This document shows positions 27,295-36,534 of a stretch of 64,000 nucleotides of DNA, piece after piece. The stretch spans positions 62,001 through 126,000 of IMG/VR virus record IMGVR_UViG_3300027668_000008, one strand, 5' to 3'. Every line of letters begins with the position of its first letter. Position 1 is the stretch's first letter. The notes below the pieces were generated by a model, which saw nothing but the letters and a program-made list of their open reading frames with translations, searched no databases and had not been told where the DNA came from. A program made the position numbers and the translations under genes.

Positions 27295-27471
27295 TCAATC
27301 GAAAAAATTACCTAATACCCAAACATACTTTGTATCAGATACTTGATCCCATCTTCCGTCTTTCCAATTTGGCCACAATATAGACCTATTAGCATCTTCC
27401 ATTACATCAAGCCCATTTTCTGCTTTTGCAGTAAACGTTTTGCCCATTGCTTCAAATATAAATGTTTTCAT
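27295..27471 (-). CDS. 58-aa hypothetical early protein (not in ORF track)
   Basis: MKTFIFEAMGKTFTAKAENG...; AAAAGGA SD; promoter TTGACA-N16-TATTAT at 27502-27529. Confidence 0.7.
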   Translation of the reverse strand: MKTFIFEAMGKTFTAKAENGLDVMEDANRSILWPNWKDGRWDQVSDTKYVWVLGNFFD

Positions 27472-27599
27472 AATGTAATCCTTTTATTTAAGTTATACTA
27501 TATAATAACACATCTAGCCATATTGTCAACCTAAAAAGACAGGGTTTTTTGCTGTTTTTAGGTAAATACACTGAAGGGCATTCATAACGAGGAAAACCG

Positions 27600-28019
27600 A
27601 TGGAATTGAAAAAAGTATTTACATGGCTCCCTATTGCCCTTGCATTAATAGGTTCTCTTTACACAGGTATAAATGTTGTATCCACATTAAACAACACTAT
27701 TGCCGCACATACTATACTTCTAAGTGAACATACTCAAAAGATTGCATCTGTTGACGAGAAGTACGGTATAGAGATAAAAAATCTAACACAAAAATACAAC
27801 GAAGCACGTGAAGAACTTGTTATACAAATGACAGATGCATTCTCACGAATTACTGAAATTAGAGTTAAAACAGAAGCCCTTAGAGATGGATCATACAAAA
27901 TGGCTAGTCAGGCAGAGCTAAGAGCATTAGAAGATAGTTATTACAAATTAAGTGATTCACTTAATCAACTCACGTATGATATTAAAGATTTAAAACGTGA
28001 ACTGACAGGTGGTTACTAA
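27600..28019 (+). CDS. membrane-anchored coiled-coil protein
   Basis: N-terminal TM; late promoter TAAATA at 27563-27568; GAGGA SD. Confidence 0.7.
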   Translation: MELKKVFTWLPIALALIGSLYTGINVVSTLNNTIAAHTILLSEHTQKIASVDEKYGIEIKNLTQKYNEAREELVIQMTDAFSRITEIRVKTEALRDGSYKMASQAELRALEDSYYKLSDSLNQLTYDIKDLKRELTGGY

Positions 28020-28540
28020 TGGAGGGTGCAAGGATGGACTTACGATTTACATTTTTACTACTGGCGGCTTTGGCTTTATTTGCATTTTTTGTTAGCCCTG
28101 CTCATGCAAGAAACGATTACTTAAACTCTGATCAACATTGTAGTGGTGCTAGATTAGAACCTTACATAGAATATTCTAAGACAGACAATAATGGTACAGG
28201 TACATCTAATAGTGGATACGACGATAACAGAGGCACTATTGGATTAAGATTAAGCATACCTTTACAAAGTACTTGTACAAAACGATACAGAGGTATTGTA
28301 ACAGAAAATGCCGCAATAAGACAGCAATTAGAATTGTTGAAAATGTGTGGTAGATACAAAGGACTTGAACTAGGACCCGACTTTAAAGAACTTAAACACA
28401 AGTGTAGTCAAGTATGGAAATCAGACGAGTTAAGAAAAAAACAAGATATTGCTGATGAAGAAGTTAAAGATAAAAGAATTAAAGAACTAGAACGCAAGTT
28501 AAAAGCAAACGAAGATAAGAAACGCAAAACACAAGATTAA
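28019..28540 (+). CDS. exported Cys-containing protein
   Basis: Signal peptide ending AHA; coupled to the upstream gene. Confidence 0.65.
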   Translation: MEGARMDLRFTFLLLAALALFAFFVSPAHARNDYLNSDQHCSGARLEPYIEYSKTDNNGTGTSNSGYDDNRGTIGLRLSIPLQSTCTKRYRGIVTENAAIRQQLELLKMCGRYKGLELGPDFKELKHKCSQVWKSDELRKKQDIADEEVKDKRIKELERKLKANEDKKRKTQD

Positions 28541-28548
28541 TAACTCAT

Positions 28549-28590
28549 AAAAAAACCCAGTACACTTAATTGTATACTGGGTTTCTTTTT
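28549..28590. terminator. bidirectional intrinsic terminator
   Basis: AAAAAAACCCAGTA..TACTGGGTTTCTTTT between convergent genes. Confidence 0.85.
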
Positions 28591-28603
28591 GGCTGTATTA
28601 TAG

Positions 28604-29209
28604 TTAGAAACTAATTGTAAGTCCTACTGCTAATTCCTTGTCTTCAAGGTCAAAGCTCTTAGAACGGTCTTCAACAATAGATGCCTTTACTGACATAGTA
28701 TCAGTCATTGCAAATGAGGCACCATATTCTAAATAAGAGTCATTACGATCAAAGTCTAATGCATCATTAGAGTCTGCTTTCCAATCAAAGCCTGCTTCTG
28801 CGAATGGAGAAATTCTACCAAACGTTTTTGTTACACCTACATAAGGTGAAGCAGTGATTGTTTCTTGTGTTAAACTATCACCCCATTTGTAAGCCAAGCC
28901 TGCACCGACATATGTATCTAACAACGGAGCAATATCAACGCCACCACCGATTGGGAAGTTTAATTGCTTACTTGCTTTTAATTGCCAGTCTGTTACACTA
29001 CCGTTTTGGAAGTATGTTACACTAGCATCTACAGGGCCAACTGTTGTACCAAAGGCAAATTGATTAGCACCTGTCTCAGGAGTCTTTACTGAGATTGAAT
29101 AGTCTTCTGAAACTGCTGTAAGTTTCATAGTACCATTATCGTAGTTTTCAGCAAATGCTGATGTTGCCATCAGTGTTAGTGCCGTTACTACTGTCATCAT
29201 TTTTTTCAT
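28604..29209 (-). CDS. outer-membrane beta-barrel protein (start reassigned to MKKMM)
   Basis: Signal peptide ..SAFA, amphipathic beta strands, C-terminal LTISF BAM-type signal; AAGGA SD. Confidence 0.7.
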   Translation of the reverse strand: MKKMMTVVTALTLMATSAFAENYDNGTMKLTAVSEDYSISVKTPETGANQFAFGTTVGPVDASVTYFQNGSVTDWQLKASKQLNFPIGGGVDIAPLLDTYVGAGLAYKWGDSLTQETITASPYVGVTKTFGRISPFAEAGFDWKADSNDALDFDRNDSYLEYGASFAMTDTMSVKASIVEDRSKSFDLEDKELAVGLTISF

Positions 29210-29270
29210 ATTGTTTCCTTTAATTATGAATAATTGCAACTCTTATGTAGAGTCACAGTAACATCACAAG

Positions 29271-29293
29271 TACAGACACCCTTCGGTGCCTGT
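29271..29293 (-). terminator. hairpin downstream of clamp loader
   Basis: ACAGGCACC-GAAG-GGUGUCUGU on minus strand; weak U-tract. Confidence 0.5.
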
Positions 29294-29323
29294 AATTGTA
29301 AATTCTATATAGGTTGTCTTAGA

Positions 29324-30241
29324 TTAAATCTGAGATAACTCAACCAATGTTGCTGAAAGATTGATCTCGGGGTCACTTACTAAACTGTGATTAACTAGTC
29401 CAGTTCGTATAGTTAAGATTGCCTTGTCTTGTCCTTCTTCGGTGTCACTCCAAAGTTCTAAGTTGTCATACATCCAACGGAATAAGTCTTCCATTTCGTC
29501 TGCTCTTACTTGGCTTGTTAATAGTTTCCTTGCTTCGCGGATCTTACCCGCTTTAAACATATCTACCATTGCAAGTTTATAATCAGCAGTAGTATTCTCA
29601 CTTTGTTTTGGGCTTTGTAGCTCACCATCGACAGTATTCATCTGACATAAGTTTAAACTCTTACGCAAGTCTGGATATGTCGCCTTAACGTAACTATCTA
29701 GTACATCTAACTCAAACTTTACGTTCTCGTCAATCATAACCTTTGCCAAACGTGCAGTAAATTCAGTTGAATCAATCTTATCTATATGAAAGCCTTGACA
29801 CCTTGAATGTAATGCAGGTATAACTCTATTAGGATAGTTACACGTTAAAATAAATCTAGCAGTACTGGCATATGTTTCCATAACACCACGTAATGCCGCT
29901 TGACCATTTGGACTAATATAGTCCGCCTCGTCTAGTAGTACAACCTTAAACTCTCCAAAAGGCATTGTTTGTACAAAGCCAGTTATTTTGTCACGGATTG
30001 TGTCTACTGAGTTTTCCCTACTAGCATTAATTTCTAAAACATCATACTCGTCGATGTTTAGTGCCTTAATAAGGATTTTTGCTAAAGTAGTTTTGCCGAC
30101 ACCAGGTGCACCACTAAAAAGTAAGTGCGGTATGGCGCCAGACAAAACCCAAGATTCAACTTGTTTCTTTTGTGCTTCGTCACGAAACACATAATTCCCT
30201 ACAGTCGAGGGTCTATATTTTTCTGTCCATAATTCTTTCAT
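29324..30241 (-). CDS. sliding clamp loader AAA+ subunit (T4 gp44/RFC-like)
   Basis: WTEKYRP, GAPGVGKT, NAS, LDEAD, SRC. Confidence 0.92.
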   Translation of the reverse strand: MKELWTEKYRPSTVGNYVFRDEAQKKQVESWVLSGAIPHLLFSGAPGVGKTTLAKILIKALNIDEYDVLEINASRENSVDTIRDKITGFVQTMPFGEFKVVLLDEADYISPNGQAALRGVMETYASTARFILTCNYPNRVIPALHSRCQGFHIDKIDSTEFTARLAKVMIDENVKFELDVLDSYVKATYPDLRKSLNLCQMNTVDGELQSPKQSENTTADYKLAMVDMFKAGKIREARKLLTSQVRADEMEDLFRWMYDNLELWSDTEEGQDKAILTIRTGLVNHSLVSDPEINLSATLVELSQI

Positions 30242-30323
30242 TTCACGCCTGTCTCATTTAAGTAGTTGAATTACAGTATATGCTATATTTGTGATGAAGT
30301 CAAGAACTATTTAAAAATCTTTA

Positions 30324-30578
30324 TTATATAGTTACTTTTTCGATTTTAGTTACTGTAAACGCTTTGTCGGTAGTATTTGGGAAGAAAGCCTGAAATTGAG
30401 CTTCATCTTCAAATATGATTGTTCTACGAACACCAGTATTACCTTGCATTTCAAAGTTAATTGAAGTACAACCTGGGTTAGTACTACCACAAGGTCCGTG
30501 TTCTGACATGAACTGTACCGTGTTGTCGTATGTGTTTGCGTTGTTAGTTACTAAGTCTGCTATATGTCTTATTGCCAT
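30324..30578 (-). CDS. hypothetical protein
   Basis: AGGAG SD. Confidence 0.6.
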   Translation of the reverse strand: MAIRHIADLVTNNANTYDNTVQFMSEHGPCGSTNPGCTSINFEMQGNTGVRRTIIFEDEAQFQAFFPNTTDKAFTVTKIEKVTI

Positions 30579-30652
30579 GATATTATTCTCCTAAGATCCT
30601 TCTAGTATTTCTACCTCGAGGCGTATAGTTTATTGTACTAAATTGTACAGTG

Positions 30653-31084
30653 TTATTTATCAAAAGCCTTTAATGCATCTGAAACTTTACCAGGTCGTTT
30701 AGCAGGCATACTATCAGTATGACTTGAATGATCACTTTGATCTGTATCTGATACTAGCAGTAGTGCGTCTGGATCTACTCTACGAATTTTAAATTGCTCG
30801 CCGTTGGGTAATTCGACCATTACGCCACGTGTCCATCTACCATGTTCAACATATACCCATTGACCAGGCTTTAAGTTGTCTTTGTTTTTAGGACCTACTG
30901 CATAAATTTCAGCCCAACGTGGTCGAACGCCTTCTGATTTTCCGTCATCACTTCGTAGGATAATACCGCCTTGTGTTTTGCGTTCTTCGAAGTTCATATC
31001 TTTAACTAGTACGTTTTCATGTAATGCCCTTACGGACTCTATCTTATATACGCCTTGGTATGATGGTGCGTGATTTACTTGCAT
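30653..31084 (-). CDS. GroES-like co-chaperonin (start reassigned to MQVNH)
   Basis: RALHENVLV..KTQGGIIL..YAVGP..LKPG. Confidence 0.85.
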   Translation of the reverse strand: MQVNHAPSYQGVYKIESVRALHENVLVKDMNFEERKTQGGIILRSDDGKSEGVRPRWAEIYAVGPKNKDNLKPGQWVYVEHGRWTRGVMVELPNGEQFKIRRVDPDALLLVSDTDQSDHSSHTDSMPAKRPGKVSDALKAFDK

Positions 31085-31085
31085 A

Positions 31086-31613
31086 TTATATTCTTTTAAT
31101 CCCTTTTTTGGATCTTGCTTTTTGTTTCGGAGTTTGCTCCATCGGAACACTCACTGATTTAGTCGAAGCAAGTGCATCTGCAATACCTTTAGTAGACGTC
31201 TTTTCAACATCTTCAGGTCTTACAAAGTTACCATCTTCGTCTTCTACCCAATCGTCTTCAGACGCTGGTTCATCTAATGGTCCTGTCGGATCATCTTCGA
31301 TTATTTTGTTTGCTTCTGGTGTTGGTGCTGGTGGAATTTCTTCTTGCGGCTGTTGAGAAACAGGAGCAATATTTTCGCCCTCAATGTTAGGATCTCTAGG
31401 CATACCTGTATCTTCTGGTATAACAGATCCTTTAACGTCATAATGTTCTTTCATAACGTCATCTCTAGTTTTAAGAATTTTTCCGCCTGGGCCTAATTGG
31501 TCGCCACGTGCATTTACACGCATATTGCCAACTGCGATAATCGTTTCATTTTTTAAACCTAATGTTTCGATATCAACCATTTTGCCATTTGCAGTTCTGT
31601 ATGACTTTGCCAT
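31086..31613 (-). CDS. conserved hypothetical phage protein
   Basis: YRTANGK..AVGNMRVNARGD; late promoter at 31642-31647. Confidence 0.65.
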   Translation of the reverse strand: MAKSYRTANGKMVDIETLGLKNETIIAVGNMRVNARGDQLGPGGKILKTRDDVMKEHYDVKGSVIPEDTGMPRDPNIEGENIAPVSQQPQEEIPPAPTPEANKIIEDDPTGPLDEPASEDDWVEDEDGNFVRPEDVEKTSTKGIADALASTKSVSVPMEQTPKQKARSKKGIKRI

Positions 31614-31644
31614 ATTTTTATCTCCAATTATATACTACTATTAT

Positions 31645-32169
31645 TTATCTAAGGAACTCACCTACGTCTAAATCATAGTACATACTATTAACTTTGTGGA
31701 CGCCTAGTTTGTATAAAACAAAACTTGATACACTGGAACCACGTCCTAATCCCATTACTGTATTGTTTTTTCTCATAGTTTCAACAAAATACTTTAAAAA
31801 TCTTAATAAGTTTAGTAAATTACGTTCTTGAAACATTAGTAGTTCTGTACCAACTCTTTGTAGTTCAGCATCATTATCACACTGTACTAATAACCATTCA
31901 CATATATCGAACTCTGCATATTCTTTTGGCATATTCCAAATGCTTTGATTCTCTTTATCAAAATCTTCTATAGATATCTTAGGAGGTTCAATGCTATGTA
32001 ATCGCGGACCTTCACTATAAAGTTTATCCGCACTATTATTATAAGTATCCGGATCAGTTACATTGAACTTGCCAATGTCTAGTTTAGGATTCTTATATAA
32101 TGCTTCAAATAACTCTAATTCGTTATGGTAAACAATACCGTATTCGTCTGTGTGCATACTTCTTTCCAT
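31645..32169 (-). CDS. stand-alone fragment of DNA polymerase III alpha (DnaE-like)
   Basis: RVGTEL..GLGRGSSVSSFVLYKLGV..V..YDL..EFLR resembles DnaE GRGSAAGSLVAY.LGIT.DP..LLFERFL. Confidence 0.75.
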   Translation of the reverse strand: MERSMHTDEYGIVYHNELELFEALYKNPKLDIGKFNVTDPDTYNNSADKLYSEGPRLHSIEPPKISIEDFDKENQSIWNMPKEYAEFDICEWLLVQCDNDAELQRVGTELLMFQERNLLNLLRFLKYFVETMRKNNTVMGLGRGSSVSSFVLYKLGVHKVNSMYYDLDVGEFLR

Positions 32170-32199
32170 GTAATACTAGTATTATACAGTATTTAGGTA

Positions 32200-32442
32200 C
32201 TACTTGTCAAGTATATTTTGTTTATCTTTTGCTTCTTGTTTTTCGGCTTGTAATTGGGTCTGTCTGTTCCAACGCCTAGATTGTTCTTCATTTGCTTCAG
32301 CCAACATAACGTTTAACTGCAATATTGCTTGTGTATTGCCAATACTCATAAAGAACTTCATACGACTGTGCAGTTGACTCACACGTTCAACTAAATCGTC
32401 TTCTTTTAATTTAGATAGGTCATCACCTCTAGGATCAAACAT
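32200..32442 (-). CDS. hypothetical protein
   Basis: Coupled downstream of rpiB. Confidence 0.6.
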   Translation of the reverse strand: MFDPRGDDLSKLKEDDLVERVSQLHSRMKFFMSIGNTQAILQLNVMLAEANEEQSRRWNRQTQLQAEKQEAKDKQNILDK

Positions 32443-32896
32443 TTCGTAGTTTTCCTATTCTTTTTTCGTGTCTACCGCCTTCAAATTTTGTTGTAAAGAA
32501 TGCTTTAATCATGTCTTTAACATCTGTAATTTTAACAAAATCTGAACCTAAACACAATACATTTATATCATTGTGCTCACGAGCCATTTGGACTTCTCTA
32601 ATATTTCTACAGTTAGCCGCTCTAATGTGCGGATATCTGTTTGCGGCAATAGTTACACCAAATCCTGAACCACAAATTATGATTCCATGGGATTGGTATT
32701 CTAAGTTATTTGCAACTTCATGTACTATATCGGGATAATCTACAGACTTGTCATCATATGCTCCAACATCTGCTAATACACTAATGTTGAATAATGTAAC
32801 TTCTTCTTCTTTGTTTGGTGCTACATATTGATATATGAAGTTTTTAAGTTTTACACCTCTGTGGTCACTTCCCATTGATAAACTAACATCTTGCAT
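32435..32896 (-). CDS. rpiB: ribose-5-phosphate isomerase B
   Basis: GSDHRG, DYP, ICGSGFG, AREHND.NVLCLG, FEGGRH. Confidence 0.92.
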   Translation of the reverse strand: MQDVSLSMGSDHRGVKLKNFIYQYVAPNKEEEVTLFNISVLADVGAYDDKSVDYPDIVHEVANNLEYQSHGIIICGSGFGVTIAANRYPHIRAANCRNIREVQMAREHNDINVLCLGSDFVKITDVKDMIKAFFTTKFEGGRHEKRIGKLRNV

Positions 32897-32913
32897 AATA
32901 GTATTTACTCCTT

Positions 32914-34152
32914 TTAAAAGTAACGTTGTATTCCACCTTCTCTGACTGTATCTAGTGTTAAGCAGTGTAAACCGCCGTCCCAGAAGTTTCTGTGTCTAAA
33001 ACGACAGTAGATTGGTTCTATATTGTGTTGTTTTAACTTGTCATGTACTTGTTTTTGATAATTCATTGATAATATAGTGTTTTGATTAACACTTAACATA
33101 TTAACTTCAAATTGTGTTTCTTCTGAATATCCAGTCCAAGTACTTAACCATTGTTCAATAAAACTTGTATATCCTGGATTATCTTTAGCATCGGGCGTCC
33201 ACCATTTTCCATCAGTTATGTGCTTTTGTTGTTGCCAACTGCCATACTCTGAATCCATAGTTTTCTCTTTACCTGTACCAATTTGTAAAACTTCCCAACC
33301 CGGTAATGTTTCTTTAAAATCATCTTTGTTTAAATACGAAGCGGCAATAACAAGACCAGGCTTTGGTAAATTAAACGTTGCATCACTATGTCCGCCATTG
33401 GCAGTATTAGTACGTTTAAACTCTGGATACAATTCCACCATAGCGTCATCTAAATTTTCAACATCTTTTGTGTCGATAATTAAAGTGTCGCCTACTCGTG
33501 TTACTGTTGGTGCCCAGAACCCCCAAGTATAACTCATTGCTTTAATGTATTCAGGATCATTAGTAAATGTACCTTCTGGTATACTTGGATCAAACCATTC
33601 TGCTTTATATGTTGTATCGTATTCAACATAAGACTTTCTAGGTATTAATGGTCCTCTAAATTTTCTTTTCTTTGGATCAACTGTTAATCTCAAATCTAAG
33701 CAATCTGGATTAATAAAGTTTTGCCCACTTGTTGTCATAAACTTATGAAACTCTGGATACTGTTGTGTTAACAATATCTTTTTACCCATTGTTATAAGAT
33801 AATCTCTAGGCATTAATGCAGGTTTAGGAATTCCGTTAAATGCAGACTTCGTATCTTCGTAGTATTCCATAATATTGTCATACCCAACACCATGTGTGCT
33901 AGTGTCTGCCAATGTTGCGGCTTGTGTTAAATTAGGGTGTAAACGAACAACGTCAACTCCAAGGTCTTCTAACGTCTTTTGGATATTGTCTAAATCTTCA
34001 TGTGTTTCGTATAATAGTTTTTGCAGTAAATCTCTTAACTTGTGATCTTTAATGTCTTCAAAAAACTCTGGCTTATACACGTTACCAAGTACTACTTGTT
34101 TTAATGGATCCCATCCATTGTATGCATTTGCTTCGTTAATTCTATATGTCAT
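32914..34152 (-). CDS. amidinotransferase (pentein superfamily)
   Basis: NGWDPLKQVVLG, PRD, GHSD, VNML, GGLHCLTLD (catalytic Cys). Confidence 0.85.
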   Translation of the reverse strand: MTYRINEANAYNGWDPLKQVVLGNVYKPEFFEDIKDHKLRDLLQKLLYETHEDLDNIQKTLEDLGVDVVRLHPNLTQAATLADTSTHGVGYDNIMEYYEDTKSAFNGIPKPALMPRDYLITMGKKILLTQQYPEFHKFMTTSGQNFINPDCLDLRLTVDPKKRKFRGPLIPRKSYVEYDTTYKAEWFDPSIPEGTFTNDPEYIKAMSYTWGFWAPTVTRVGDTLIIDTKDVENLDDAMVELYPEFKRTNTANGGHSDATFNLPKPGLVIAASYLNKDDFKETLPGWEVLQIGTGKEKTMDSEYGSWQQQKHITDGKWWTPDAKDNPGYTSFIEQWLSTWTGYSEETQFEVNMLSVNQNTILSMNYQKQVHDKLKQHNIEPIYCRFRHRNFWDGGLHCLTLDTVREGGIQRYF

Positions 34153-34153
34153 T

Positions 34154-34576
34154 TTATAAAGGTCCTAATACCTCAAATCCTTCTATTTGTTTCTTATACG
34201 AATGTGCTTCACCTAGGTACATATACTTAAAACCTAAATCTCTGTATATTGCACATTCACTTCTTAAACTCTTTAAGCCTAAAAATAGTTTAGGATTTTT
34301 ATAATCCCAAGCAAACTGTAGTGCTTCTACATTTTCTTTATCTTGTCTGATAATAATACTAAATGCTACTAACTTGTCGTTATCATAATAGCCTATAACA
34401 TCATTGTTAGTATAATCACTTTCGAAGATAGGCATAACACTTTTAAACTTCTTGTACCTACAGTACTTTTTGTAGATTTCGTTTAATTCTGGTATATTAA
34501 CTGATTTGAGAATTTTGTAGTTGTCCATTGGACTATAATTACACTTGGATAAATCAACACGGGCATATACTGACAT
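34154..34576 (-). CDS. Ate1/Bpt C-terminal-like (GNAT-fold aminoacyl-tRNA transferase-like) protein
   Basis: YKKYCRYK, GYYDNDKLVAFS, WDY..PKLFLG..SL, FKYMYLG..YK. Confidence 0.6.
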   Translation of the reverse strand: MSVYARVDLSKCNYSPMDNYKILKSVNIPELNEIYKKYCRYKKFKSVMPIFESDYTNNDVIGYYDNDKLVAFSIIIRQDKENVEALQFAWDYKNPKLFLGLKSLRSECAIYRDLGFKYMYLGEAHSYKKQIEGFEVLGPL

Positions 34577-34602
34577 AGTTACTACTCCTGATTATTAAGT
34601 AG

Positions 34603-34608
34603 TATTTA
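34603..34608 (-). promoter_or_regulatory. late promoter for the Ate1-like + amidinotransferase unit
   Basis: TAAATA overlapping the upstream stop, followed by AGGAG SD. Confidence 0.6.
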
Positions 34609-35088
34609 TGGTTTTTCCGTTCTCCAAGAGACCACATCATCATAGTTCTCTTTTGACCAGTTATCGTAATATCCTTGTTTATCAAGGTGTTTACTTGCAT
34701 TATTTAATTTGCTTAATCTTTGTACTAGTATTAATATCGCTTTACCGAAGTTCATGTGTACTCCGTTAACAATTTCTTCATCTAACGGGTGATCTTCTAG
34801 TGCTACAACATCTTTCTTCATAGCAATTAAATTAAACTGCTTTACTAATAAAGATAATTCGCTTGGTGTGAATGTGTTTGTGTCTGCATACAATACAACA
34901 ACTTCGTACTTGTCGTCCCATTCTATTAAGTCAATTAATGTAGAAGCAGTCGTAACCGCATCTACTTTAGTATACTGGATTTTATCTACTGCCATAGCCT
35001 GTTTAGCAAATGGGCAAGGCACTGTGCCTATTGTTTCGTTATGCACAGAAACAAAATTTAAAATCCATGTTTTAATTTCTTCAATCAC
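34606..35088 (-). CDS. CPF-motif protein (DUF1415/DUF6875-like)
   Basis: WILNFV..PCPFAKQA; DHP. Confidence 0.5.
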   Translation of the reverse strand: MIEEIKTWILNFVSVHNETIGTVPCPFAKQAMAVDKIQYTKVDAVTTASTLIDLIEWDDKYEVVVLYADTNTFTPSELSLLVKQFNLIAMKKDVVALEDHPLDEEIVNGVHMNFGKAILILVQRLSKLNNASKHLDKQGYYDNWSKENYDDVVSWRTEKP

Positions 35089-35492
35089 AAATCGCCGTCT
35101 TGCCTATTCTCTGAATAGTGAACATCGAATTCACCGCCTGGATAACGTGCTTTAAGTTTGTTTACATTTTCTGCAACTACTTCATTAGGGTCAATACCCA
35201 ATGCCCTGCAACTATTAATCCAATACCAAATAATATCACCAAGTTCTCGTTTAGCATGAAAGATAGTTTCATTATCCAACGGTTTACCTTGAAATATACA
35301 TTTTTTAACAATTTCTGCAAACTCTCCTCCTTCGCTCGCCATTCCAATCGAGCCTGTTAATAGTAATGCCATGTTAACACCACTGTCTTTTTCTAGTTTC
35401 TCTAACTGTGAAGTTAGTCCACCAGTTTCGTTACTTTGTAAAGAAGTTACCTTCTCTACGAATTCTTGATATTTATTTAGGTCTACCTGCAT
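35085..35492 (-). CDS. mazG: MazG-like nucleotide pyrophosphohydrolase
   Basis: SEGGEFAEIVKK, ELGDIIWY, N..KL..RYP. Confidence 0.88.
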   Translation of the reverse strand: MQVDLNKYQEFVEKVTSLQSNETGGLTSQLEKLEKDSGVNMALLLTGSIGMASEGGEFAEIVKKCIFQGKPLDNETIFHAKRELGDIIWYWINSCRALGIDPNEVVAENVNKLKARYPGGEFDVHYSENRQDGDL

Positions 35493-36459
35493 TAACTACT
35501 CCGTTTTTTAGTGTGGTATTGAACAATGAAGAAACACTTTCTTCATTTGTTATTCTTCTGATTGCTTCGCCGAACAAAGCACCCGTTGATAATTGAATTG
35601 TTTTCTTACACTCGTCGGGGCAACGCCACTCGATTGAATCTGTAATTACTAAACTGTCTAAACAACTGTTTTCTACTTTTTTACAAGCGTCATGTGTTAA
35701 TACACCGTGTGTTATGTATGCTCTAACAGATAATGCTCCTTGATCCATAATTACTTGTGCGGCATTACATAATGTTCCACCGCTATCAATAATGTCATCT
35801 ACTAATATTGCGTGTTTGCCTTCTACATCTCCTATTAGTCCCATTACTTCGCTTTCGCCTGCTTTGGGTCTACGTTTGTCTACAATAGCAATATCACCAT
35901 TAAACATTTCTGCAAATTTTCTAGCTCGTACTGTACCACCAGCATCCGGTGAAACAAATACAGTTTCAATAAATGTGTTGTCGTACATACCAAGTCTACG
36001 TTTGATATCTTTTGCAAATACAATACGACTTGTTAAGTCATCTACAGGAATATCAAAAAATCCTTGTATCTGTCCTGCGTGTAAGTCCATTGTAAGAACT
36101 CTGTCTGCACCTGATTCTGTAATTAAGTTTGCTACTAGTTTTGCCGTGATAGGAGTACGTGAAGCACTCTTACGGTCTTGTCTGGCATAGCCAAAGTAAG
36201 GAATAACTGCGGTAATACGTTTAGCACTACTACGTTTTGCGGCATCAATCATAACCATTAATTCCATAAGGTTATCATTAACTGGTGAACTTGTAGATTG
36301 GATAATAAAGACGTCTTCTCCTCTGAGATTTTCTAAAAACTCAACACTACATTCGCCGTCAGCGAATTTAGATATTTTAGAGGGAACAATGTTAGTGAAG
36401 CAATGTTCAGCAACTGCGTTAGCGAGTTCCTGATTGCTATTTCCTGCGATGATTTTCAT
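35473..36459 (-). CDS. prs: ribose-phosphate pyrophosphokinase
   Basis: FADGE, PYFGYARQDRK, DLHAGQIQGFF, VSPDAGG, VDDIIDSGGT; promoter TTGACT-N17-TATAAT at 36488-36516. Confidence 0.96.
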   Translation of the reverse strand: MKIIAGNSNQELANAVAEHCFTNIVPSKISKFADGECSVEFLENLRGEDVFIIQSTSSPVNDNLMELMVMIDAAKRSSAKRITAVIPYFGYARQDRKSASRTPITAKLVANLITESGADRVLTMDLHAGQIQGFFDIPVDDLTSRIVFAKDIKRRLGMYDNTFIETVFVSPDAGGTVRARKFAEMFNGDIAIVDKRRPKAGESEVMGLIGDVEGKHAILVDDIIDSGGTLCNAAQVIMDQGALSVRAYITHGVLTHDACKKVENSCLDSLVITDSIEWRCPDECKKTIQLSTGALFGEAIRRITNEESVSSLFNTTLKNGVVNAGRPK

Positions 36460-36534
36460 TGAAACTCCGTTGGTATATTATATTCTAATTATAATACAAA
36501 CGTAGAGTGAAGTCAAGTAAATTCTAAAAAAGAA

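Noticed and set aside
31614-31660. Intein, intron or frameshift continuing the DnaE fragment
   Set aside because: The stop is followed directly by a late promoter, an SD and an unrelated gene; no splicing motifs.
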